DNA of 58,402 nucleotides from an uncultured Anaerolineales bacterium (GTDB lineage Bacteria; Chloroflexota; Anaerolineae; Epilineales; JAHCIE01): NCBI GenBank assembly GCA_964557745.1, contig CAZLBQ010000001.1, positions 1 to 58,402 of the forward strand, read 5' to 3'. Shown piece by piece: positions 51,808 to 58,402 of this stretch (position 1 is its first letter; each line of letters starts with the position of its first letter). The notes under the pieces were generated by a model. It saw only the letters and a program-made list of their open reading frames with translations, ran no database searches and was not told where the DNA came from. The position numbers and the translations under genes were made by a program.

Positions 51808-52905
51808 TTAGTTCATCGCCTTGAGCGCCTGCTTGGTGCGGTCGAAGTTCTTGTTGGCCTCGGCCGACTTCTGAAAGGCGTCACGCGCGGCGTCCATGTT
51901 GCCCATGCCCTTGTAGGCCACGCCCTGGTAATAGAACATCTCCTCGTGAATGGGGGCCTTCGCCAGCACGGGCTGCGTCAGTTGGAGCAACCGCTGCCAG
52001 CGGCCGAGCTTCGCCAGCGTCTCGAAGTGGCCAAACTGGTACCAGTAGAAGCGGAAGGGCAGGCCCAGGGTATAGGCCTTCTCGTAAGCCGGCAGCGCCT
52101 CGTCCACCCGGTTCTGATTGAGCAGCGCATCGCCGAGGGCGAACCACACCCGCGCGTTGTTGGGGTCGTTTTCCAGGTCGGCCCGCCGCGCGGCCTCGGC
52201 CCGCTGCCACATCTGCTTGTCATCCGCATCCGGTCCCAGCAGCGCCCGCACCAGGTCGGCCTTCTCCGGCGGGTAGACGGGGATGAAGATGTGGTTCAGG
52301 TTGAACTCGTCCCAGCGTGCCTGGAAGTCCTCGTTGGACCAGCGCTGGTCGGGACCGTAGAACGAGTCGTCGAAGGTGATCGTGCCCCGTTCCTTGTTGT
52401 AGCCCGTCGCCAGCCGGTAGTGGCCCATCCCGCCGTCGTCCAGCATCCACTGCTCGACCATGACCGGGATGTCGTTACTGAGGAAAAGTTGGAGCGTTTC
52501 CAGCGAGCCGTTCACCCGCCACTGCGCCTCCAGACCTTGGCTCTTGATGTACGACACAATCTCCCACGGCGAGACGTTGACGTCCTTGGGGTTCGGCTTG
52601 AGGACCCAGACGGCGTCGGTCTGAGTGCGCATCACGCCCCAGTTGCTCATGGCGATGACCGTCGTCGTCGGCCCGCAGTTGTTCATGCCCTGGTACTGGT
52701 GCTTGGGGTTGGGCAGGTAGACCTTGGGCTGGATAGCCCGAATCTGGGCGAAAATGTCGTCGTGGCGCAGCGCGTGATAATCGATGTCCTCGCCGTCGGG
52801 ACTGGGTTCGGCGCGCGCCACACCCTGGGCGAGGGTGAGCGCCAGGACAAGAGCCGTCAGCATCAAGAGGAGCCGTCGCATCATCACCATCCTCAGCTTA
52901 ATCAT
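51808..52905 (-). CDS. Exported peptidase C39-like (C39_2) domain protein with C-terminal TPR repeats
   Basis: Signal peptide RRLLLMLTALVLALTLAQGVARA. NNCGPTTTVIAMSNWG carries the catalytic Cys context, and GHYRLATGYN and ITFDDS carry the His and Asp contexts. TPR-like repeats include ARVWFALGDALLNQNRVDEALPAYEKAY. Confidence 0.75.
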   Translation of the reverse strand: MIKLRMVMMRRLLLMLTALVLALTLAQGVARAEPSPDGEDIDYHALRHDDIFAQIRAIQPKVYLPNPKHQYQGMNNCGPTTTVIAMSNWGVMRTQTDAVWVLKPNPKDVNVSPWEIVSYIKSQGLEAQWRVNGSLETLQLFLSNDIPVMVEQWMLDDGGMGHYRLATGYNKERGTITFDDSFYGPDQRWSNEDFQARWDEFNLNHIFIPVYPPEKADLVRALLGPDADDKQMWQRAEAARRADLENDPNNARVWFALGDALLNQNRVDEALPAYEKAYTLGLPFRFYWYQFGHFETLAKLGRWQRLLQLTQPVLAKAPIHEEMFYYQGVAYKGMGNMDAARDAFQKSAEANKNFDRTKQALKAMN

Positions 52906-53962
52906 GAACGGAGACCCAGGTGCCGAGGTTGCTCGGCGAGGCCGTGACCTTCAATTGACCGGGCGGGACGACGGGGCCAGCCCAGGTAAACAGGAATTTG
53001 GCGTCTTCGGGGGTGATGTTGACACAGCCGTGGCTGCGCACCTCACCATACTCGTCGTGCCAGTACGCGCCGTGGATGGCGTAGCGCTGCGTGAAGTACA
53101 TCGTCCACGGCACTTCTTCCAGGATGTAGGGATCCTTGTCGGCCCAGCCACCCGCCATGAACTCGCCGATTTTCTTCTCGTAGATATGGAAGACACCGGT
53201 AATGGTCGGCGTCGGGTCCTTACCCGTCGAGGCCAGCGTGGCGAAGATGGGGGTGTTGCCGACATAGGCCGTCACGGTCTGCTGGGTCAGGTTGATGTCG
53301 ATCCACTTGTCGTCCGGGCCGGCTTCGCTGGGGCGAGCCGCCCGCTTGACCTCGCGCACCGCTTCGGGATGCACGTACTGGCCCGGGCCGAGCTTCCACC
53401 AACCGTTCTCGCGCCCCACCAAAAATACGGGCGTGAAGCGCGCCAGGGATTGCACGGTCCCCGCCGATTGGCGCGGCCCGGCGTAGACCGGCGTGTCGTC
53501 TTCGAGGATGAAGCCCAGTTGGCCCGTCTCGGTTCCATTATAGTGGTAGCCACGCAGCCGAGACGGCTCCCAGGGTTCGGTGTCGTCACCGTAGACCCAG
53601 CGCCCGCTCGTCGTCTCCAACCAGGTCTCGCCGTTGACGACGACCTTGTTCTGGATGGCGAGCCACGTGCCCCAGGTATAGAGCATTTGGATGCGCCGCC
53701 CGGCCGGCGCGTCGTGGGTGTAGGTGTTCTGGCGCAGGCTAACCCACTCAACGAAGTTGGCCGGCTTGTCGGAGCCATTGGCGCCGGCGGGCAGGGGCGG
53801 GTCGGTGGGTTGTACTGCTGCCGCGACGGGAGCCAGGGTGTCGCACGGCTCATCCGTCTGGCAGGGTTCAGCGGCGCGGACAAGCCCGCTGCCGACAGTC
53901 AGCGCGAGGCCAACCACGATGAGAAGGAGAAGACAGCGAAGCGCCGAGCGGCCCATAATCAT
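52898..53962 (-). CDS. Exported L,D-transpeptidase (YkuD domain)
   Basis: Signal peptide, then YAIHGAYWHDEYGEVRSHGCVNI, the catalytic His and Cys motif. Confidence 0.9.
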   Translation of the reverse strand: MIMGRSALRCLLLLIVVGLALTVGSGLVRAAEPCQTDEPCDTLAPVAAAVQPTDPPLPAGANGSDKPANFVEWVSLRQNTYTHDAPAGRRIQMLYTWGTWLAIQNKVVVNGETWLETTSGRWVYGDDTEPWEPSRLRGYHYNGTETGQLGFILEDDTPVYAGPRQSAGTVQSLARFTPVFLVGRENGWWKLGPGQYVHPEAVREVKRAARPSEAGPDDKWIDINLTQQTVTAYVGNTPIFATLASTGKDPTPTITGVFHIYEKKIGEFMAGGWADKDPYILEEVPWTMYFTQRYAIHGAYWHDEYGEVRSHGCVNITPEDAKFLFTWAGPVVPPGQLKVTASPSNLGTWVSVHD

Positions 53963-54112
53963 TCATCAGTCCTAATCAGAGTGTCTTTGGTCATCTTGAG
54001 CAAGGGAGTACAGCAGATTCCGCGCCACGCCGCGCCTCCCTATCATACTCCAGGCGTCTTGCGAAACGCGTTACGATTATAGCGAAGTTTGCCCGTATCC
54101 GGCAAATGTTAC

Positions 54113-54142
54113 TTCGCATTCACGCCGCCATGCGGCTATAAT
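54113..54142 (+). promoter_or_regulatory. Candidate promoter of the yhhQ-like gene
   Basis: TTCGCA (54113-54118), an 18-nt spacer, then a perfect TATAAT (54137-54142). This would leave only about 20 nt of leader containing CAGGAG. Confidence 0.4.
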
Positions 54143-54169
54143 TGCCCCACTTGTCCTCCAGGAGTTTGT

Positions 54170-54850
54170 ATGCGCGAGCGGACGTATCGCTATCTCGACC
54201 TGATTACAGCGGCCTTCGTCGCCGTGCTTCTCATCTCCAACATCGCCAGCACCAAGATTGTCGCCGTCGGGCCGCTGACCTTCGACGGCGGCACGCTGCT
54301 CTTCCCCCTGGCCTACATCTTCGGCGACATTCTCACCGAGGTCTACGGCTACCGCCGCTCGCGCCGCGTCATCTGGACCGGCTTCCTGTGGATCTTCATC
54401 GCGGCGCTGGTGTTCGGCATCGTGGACTGGCTGCCCGCCCCAGCCGATTACACCCTGTCCGACAGCTTCCACGCCATCCTGGGCCAGACGTCGCGCATCG
54501 TCACCGCCAGCCTGCTGGCCTACTTCGCGGGCGAGTTCACCAACTCCTTTGTCCTAGCCAAGATGAAGATTTGGACCGCGGGACGCTGGCTGTGGACGCG
54601 AACCATCGGCTCAACGCTGGTCGGCGAGGGCGTCGATACGGTTGTCTTCCTGCTGGTCGCTTTCTACGGCGCGCTGCCCAACGAGTTGCTATGGGCCATC
54701 TTCGTCTCCAACTACATCTTCAAGGTTGGCGTCGAGGTCGTGTTCACGCCGGTGACGTACGCTGTCGTCAGCTTCCTCAAGCGCGCCGAGCGCGAGGACT
54801 ACTACGACCGCGACACTGACTTCAACCCGTTTGCCGTCGGCAGTGAGTAG
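54170..54850 (+). CDS. yhhQ: Queuosine-precursor transporter (YhhQ/DUF165 family)
   Basis: YLDLITAAFVAVLLISNIASTKI, GGTLLFPLAYIFGDILTEVYGY, RRVIW and TRTIGSTLVGEGVDTVVF. The ATG at 54170 follows GGAG. Confidence 0.9.
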   Translation: MRERTYRYLDLITAAFVAVLLISNIASTKIVAVGPLTFDGGTLLFPLAYIFGDILTEVYGYRRSRRVIWTGFLWIFIAALVFGIVDWLPAPADYTLSDSFHAILGQTSRIVTASLLAYFAGEFTNSFVLAKMKIWTAGRWLWTRTIGSTLVGEGVDTVVFLLVAFYGALPNELLWAIFVSNYIFKVGVEVVFTPVTYAVVSFLKRAEREDYYDRDTDFNPFAVGSE

Positions 54851-54882
54851 GAGTATCTTTTGTCGGAGAGGAGGGTCTTGTC

Positions 54883-55131
54883 ATGAGTGACGAACAATTG
54901 CTGGCGCGCATCACGCTCAATCCCCAGGTGATGGTGGGCAAGCCCGTTATCCGGGGTACGCGCCTGACGGTCGAGTATATCCTGAACTTACTGGCCCACG
55001 GCGCGACGACTGGCGAGATTTTGGACGAGTATAACGGCCTCAGCGAAGACGACATCCGCGCCTGCCTACTGTTTGCTCAAAAGGCCCTAGAGAATACCTC
55101 GTTCATGCCGCTCCCCACTGAGATGGTGTAG
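54883..55131 (+). CDS. DUF433 antitoxin-like protein
   Basis: ITLNPQVMVGKPVIRGTRLTVEYILNLLAHGATTGEILDEYNGLSEDDIRACLLFA. Confidence 0.85.
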   Translation: MSDEQLLARITLNPQVMVGKPVIRGTRLTVEYILNLLAHGATTGEILDEYNGLSEDDIRACLLFAQKALENTSFMPLPTEMV

Positions 55132-55485
55132 ATGCGTTTCCTTGTTGACGAGAGTACAGGACCAGCCGTCGCAGGGTGGCTCCGTCAGCAGGGCCACGAA
55201 GTTTTTTCGGTATATGAGCAAGCTCGTGGGATGGTCGACGATGACATTATTCGGAAGGCGTTCGCTGAGAATTGGATCTTGATTACCAATGACAAGGACT
55301 TTGGGGAGAAAGTTTACCGGGAACAGCGTCCGCATCGAGGTATTGTGTCATTGCGTCTTCAGAATGAGAGGTCTGTTAGCAAGGTCCATACTATCCGTCG
55401 ACTGTTAGAGGACTACGCCGATCAACTGGCCGATCATTTTGTGGTTGTGACTGAGACAAGAGTGCGCTTTGCTCGTACTCCCTAA
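55132..55485 (+). CDS. DUF5615 (PIN-like/Mut7-C-like) toxin-like protein
   Basis: MRFLVDES...GHEV...DDDIIRKAFAENWILITNDKDFG. The ATG immediately follows the DUF433 stop (TAGATG). Confidence 0.85.
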   Translation: MRFLVDESTGPAVAGWLRQQGHEVFSVYEQARGMVDDDIIRKAFAENWILITNDKDFGEKVYREQRPHRGIVSLRLQNERSVSKVHTIRRLLEDYADQLADHFVVVTETRVRFARTP

Positions 55486-55528
55486 TCGTTATCTTCATCC
55501 TGCGCAAGAGATATAGTAAGAGATTGCA

Positions 55529-55795
55529 GTGGAACCTCAACCGTCGTCCGTGGGTCAGCCAGAAGATGAACACTGGGACGAGCTGCTTGCCAGGGAAGAC
55601 GCGCAACGCGTGATGGAGCAGCTGGCGCGCGAAGCCCTGGCCGAGGAGCAGGCCGGGCGGACGGTGGAGATGGCATTTGATGAAGACGGCAATCTCATTG
55701 ATCTCTCGCCAGAGGACAGCTTTGAACAGGGTTGGCAGGAGGCGATGCAGGGTGACGTTCACCCCAGCGAGGAACTGTGGATAGACGTTGAGTAG
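55529..55795 (+). CDS. Small acidic hypothetical protein (88 aa), antitoxin-like tail
   Basis: The ORF has a GTG start. The C-terminal SFEQGWQEAMQGDVHPSEELW resembles tails of small cyanobacterial/Chloroflexi antitoxin-like proteins as I remember them. Coding status is uncertain. Confidence 0.4.
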   Translation: MEPQPSSVGQPEDEHWDELLAREDAQRVMEQLAREALAEEQAGRTVEMAFDEDGNLIDLSPEDSFEQGWQEAMQGDVHPSEELWIDVE

Positions 55796-55804
55796 AGGTA
55801 TGTG

Positions 55805-56260
55805 ATGAAAATCGTGGTCAGTACCGATGAGCGGACGCATCTGGTCGATACGATTCTGGATGAACTGAACAAGCGCGGGCATGAGGTCGAGTATATTGGG
55901 CCGGCGGCGGGCGGACAGGACGCCGACTGGCCGGAGGTCACGGTGGCGGCCGCCGAGCGCGTCGCCCAAGGCCAGGCCGACGAGGCCATCGTCATGTGCT
56001 GGACGGGGACGGGCTGCACGTTGGCTGCCAACAAGGTGCCGGGCATCCGGGCCGCGCTGGTCCACGACGCCGAGACGGCCAAAGGGGCGCGGGTCTGGAA
56101 CCACGCCAATGTTCTGGCCCTGAGCTTGCGGGCGACACCGGGGCCGATGGCGAAGGAGATTCTCGACACGTGGTTCACCACGCCCTATAGCGACGACGAG
56201 TGGAACCAGCGCCAGATGCAGCGCATCCGCGAGCTTGAGGCGAAGTACACGAAGGGATAG
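55805..56260 (+). CDS. rpiB: Ribose-5-phosphate isomerase B (RpiB/LacA/LacB family)
   Basis: MKIVVSTDE and the active-site block CWTGTGCTLAANKVPGIRAAL. Confidence 0.9.
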   Translation: MKIVVSTDERTHLVDTILDELNKRGHEVEYIGPAAGGQDADWPEVTVAAAERVAQGQADEAIVMCWTGTGCTLAANKVPGIRAALVHDAETAKGARVWNHANVLALSLRATPGPMAKEILDTWFTTPYSDDEWNQRQMQRIRELEAKYTKG

Positions 56261-56274
56261 CCAGCGAGGAGCGT

Positions 56275-56934
56275 ATGAACCCGGACCAATGGACCGCCGT
56301 CGATACCTATCTCAATGACCTATTTGCGCCGCCCGACGCCGCGCTCGACGCTGCGTTGCAGGCCGCCGACGAGGCGGGGCTGCCGTCGCAGCACGTCTCG
56401 CCCACCCAGGGCAAGCTGCTCCACGTGTTGGCGCGGGCGGTGGGCGCGCGGCGCATCCTGGAGATTGGAACCTTGGGTGGCTACAGCACGATCTGGCTGG
56501 CGCGGGCGCTGCCATCTGACGGCAGGCTCATCAGCCTCGAGGCCAACCCCCGCCACGCCGACGTGGCCCGCGCTAATCTCGCCCGCGCCGGGCTGGCCGG
56601 GGTGGTCGAGGTGCGCCTGGGGCCGGCGTTAGATAGCCTGCCGAGGCTGGCCGAGGAGGAGGGCGGGCCGTTTGATCTGGTCTTCATCGACGCCGACAAA
56701 AAGAACAACACCCGCTACTGCCAGTGGGCGCTCAGGCTGACACGACCTGGCAGCCTCATTATCGTTGACAACGTCATCCGCGACGGTGAAGTGGTCGACG
56801 CGGCCAGCGACGACTCGAACGTCCAGGGGGCGCGTGAAGTTCTCGCGGCGTTGGCGACCGAGGGGCGGGTGACGGCGACGGCGATCCAGACGGTGGCAGC
56901 AAGGGCTACGACGGGCTGGCGATCGCCTTCGTGA
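56275..56934 (+). CDS. Class I SAM-dependent O-methyltransferase (caffeoyl-CoA OMT-like, Methyltransf_3)
   Basis: RILEIGTLGGYSTIWLARAL, FDLVFIDADKKNN and GSLIIVDNV. Confidence 0.9.
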   Translation: MNPDQWTAVDTYLNDLFAPPDAALDAALQAADEAGLPSQHVSPTQGKLLHVLARAVGARRILEIGTLGGYSTIWLARALPSDGRLISLEANPRHADVARANLARAGLAGVVEVRLGPALDSLPRLAEEEGGPFDLVFIDADKKNNTRYCQWALRLTRPGSLIIVDNVIRDGEVVDAASDDSNVQGAREVLAALATEGRVTATAIQTVAARATTGWRSPS

Positions 56935-56960
56935 CTGGCGTCGGGCAAGGCAGCGCCTAA

Positions 56961-57323
56961 ATGGAAGTGAGCATCGTCGACTGGCAGGGGACACTGATTG
57001 CCGAAGTGATGTCCGAGGGGTTGTGCATCCGACAGGGCCAGGACGTTCTCGACCTGTTCGGGAGCCTCTACGGGACGGGCGCGCGGTGCGTCCTGCTGCG
57101 CGAGGAACACCTGGCGGAAGACTTCTTCGACTTGCGGACGCGGCTGGCGGGTGACATCCTCCAGAAGTTCTCGAATTACCGCATCCCCCTGGCCGTGGTC
57201 GGCGCCTTCGACCGCCACGACAGCCGCGCCTGGCAGAGCTTTGTCGCGGAGTACAAGCAGGGCAAGAAAATCTTCTTCGTCACGTCGCGCGAGGAGGCGC
57301 TAGACCGACTCGCGGCGGCGTGA
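56961..57323 (+). CDS. DUF4180 domain protein
   Basis: DFFDLRTRLAGDILQKFSNYRIPLAVVG matches my memory of the DUF4180 signature. Confidence 0.75.
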   Translation: MEVSIVDWQGTLIAEVMSEGLCIRQGQDVLDLFGSLYGTGARCVLLREEHLAEDFFDLRTRLAGDILQKFSNYRIPLAVVGAFDRHDSRAWQSFVAEYKQGKKIFFVTSREEALDRLAAA

Positions 57324-57401
57324 CGGCGACAGCCACCGCCGTATCCCTCACCCCCAGCCCCTCTTCCACAACGGGAGAAGGGGATAGAGGATGAGGCGGG
57401 C

Positions 57402-58402
57402 CTACTCGCCCAGCGCCACTTCCTCTGCAATGGCTAGCGGTGTCTCAGCCGGGGTATGGGCTTCGAGGTTGTGCAGGCTGCCCAGGCTGCGCAACTCCGG
57501 GAAGAAGCGCGCCACCAGCGTCACGACAATCAGCGTCCCAATCCCGCCCCCGATGACCGACACGATGGGGCCGAACAGCGCCGCCGTCACGCCACTCTCC
57601 CACGCGCCAATCTCATTCGAAGAACTGATGAAGACGCGCTCGACGGCGTTGACGCGGCCGCGCATGGCGTCCGGCGTGCGCACCGGCACGAGGACGCTAC
57701 GGATGACGACGCTGACCTGGTCCGTGGCGCCGACGAACGCCAGGGCGACGACGGACAGCCAGAAGTTGCGCGACAGCCCAAAGACGATGGTGGCGACGCC
57801 GAAGCCCGCCACGACCCACAGCAGGGTTCGGCCGGCGTGGCGGATGGGTGGCAAAGCGGTAAGACACACTGCCATGAGCGTCGCGCCCACGGCGGGCGCG
57901 GCGCGCAGGAGGCCGAAGCCGTCGGCCCCGACGGCCAGGACGTCCTTAGCGAACACCGGCAGCAGCGCCACGGCGCCGCCAAACAGGACGGCGAACAGGT
58001 CGAGCGTGATAGCCGACAGGATGAGCCGCTCCTGGAAGACGAAGCGCACCCCGCCCAGCACGTCGTGCCAGGTCGCCGCTTTGTGCTGGCGCGGCGGCGA
58101 GGGAATGGTCAGCAGGGCGGTACAGATGACGGCGATGGTGGAGAAGCTGGCGGCGATCAGGTAGGCGAGGGTCGCGCCGAAGTTGATTGAGGCGCCGGGG
58201 CTGGGCGTCCCGGCGAAGCGGGCGATGAGCAGGCCACCCGCCGCCGGCGCGAGCATCGACGCGAGCTGGAAGGCCATCGACTGCCAGGTCACAGCGCTGC
58301 TAAAGACATTGGGCGGGACGCTGTTGGGCAGAAAGGCGCCGTAGGCTGGCCCGCCGATGGTGCGCGCGCTGCTATAGATCAGGATGAAGGCGAAGATGAG
58401 GG
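57402..58402 (-). CDS. MFS transporter, 5-prime end beyond the window edge
   Basis: A polytopic hydrophobic protein with a loop motif MRGRVNAVERVF. The frame stays open from 58292 to the window end (LIFAFILIYSSARTIGGPAYGAFLPNSVPPNVFSSAVTW...), so the gene is truncated by the window. Confidence 0.85.
   Translation of the reverse strand, partial: LIFAFILIYSSARTIGGPAYGAFLPNSVPPNVFSSAVTWQSMAFQLASMLAPAAGGLLIARFAGTPSPGASINFGATLAYLIAASFSTIAVICTALLTIPSPPRQHKAATWHDVLGGVRFVFQERLILSAITLDLFAVLFGGAVALLPVFAKDVLAVGADGFGLLRAAPAVGATLMAVCLTALPPIRHAGRTLLWVVAGFGVATIVFGLSRNFWLSVVALAFVGATDQVSVVIRSVLVPVRTPDAMRGRVNAVERVFISSSNEIGAWESGVTAALFGPIVSVIGGGIGTLIVVTLVARFFPELRSLGSLHNLEAHTPAETPLAIAEEVALGE

Noticed and set aside
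54061-54169. A possible preQ1 riboswitch upstream of the yhhQ-like queuosine-precursor transporter; a nested hairpin lies at 54082-54117
   Set aside because: I found no preQ1-I features (a short P1 hairpin followed by an A-rich tail and ACUA ahead of the SD), and nothing resembling classes II or III. The best promoter (TATAAT at 54137-54142) lies downstream of the hairpin, so the structure would not be in the mRNA leader. A covariance-model scan (Rfam PreQ1 families) would settle this.
57324-57401. A possible convergent terminator between the DUF4180 and MFS genes (cccctcttcc...ggagaagggg)
   Set aside because: The stem is only about 5 bp perfect with mismatches beyond that, and has no T-tract. 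That is not strong enough to annotate.

Overview
This is a GC-rich bacterial chromosomal window. The gene style (lipobox plus Ala/Pro-rich linkers on solute-binding proteins, many overlapping start/stop codons, SARP/NB-ARC/TPR regulator) looks Chloroflexota-like or actinobacterial, but that placement is a guess. I recognised no rRNA, tRNA, CRISPR array, transposase or integrase.

Layout:
- 0.2-4 kb: an AT-richer secreted protein, then a sensor-less histidine kinase and an OmpR-type response regulator.
- 4.1-21.1 kb: fifteen tightly coupled plus-strand genes forming a Wzx/Wzy-type glycan locus. It holds a priming phosphoglycosyl transferase, a PIG-L deacetylase, two radical SAM/SPASM enzymes, an epimerase, one GT2, three GT4s, a methyltransferase, a Wzz-like co-polymerase, a degenerate BY-kinase homologue, Wzy, Wzx and a GT-C-like membrane protein.
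- 21.0-24.7 kb: a convergent four-gene minus-strand sub-operon with an RmlD-like reductase, a CapE/FnlA-type dehydratase, a second zinc-ribbon methyltransferase and a membrane protein.
- 24.9-26.3 kb: a PQQ-type sugar dehydrogenase, followed by a decayed GH13 fragment.
- 26.9-36.0 kb, the window centre: a minus-strand operon of orphan exported proteins (73-aa protein, 363-aa tail-fibre-like protein, 1030-aa protein, 248-aa protein), divergent from a 1214-aa SARP/NB-ARC/TPR regulator. I consider this the best candidate for an undescribed system.
- 36-48 kb: a ParB/Srx-like protein, a maltodextrin-type ABC operon with a GH13 enzyme, and a second sugar ABC operon with a six-hairpin glycosidase.
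- 48-58.4 kb: a peptidase-S51-like protein fused to a CysRS-C-terminal-like domain, two conserved hypotheticals, a cupin, a C39-like/TPR protein with an L,D-transpeptidase, YhhQ, a DUF433/DUF5615 toxin-antitoxin pair, RpiB, an O-methyltransferase, DUF4180 and a truncated MFS transporter.

All functional calls rest on motif recognition by eye. No database search was run.
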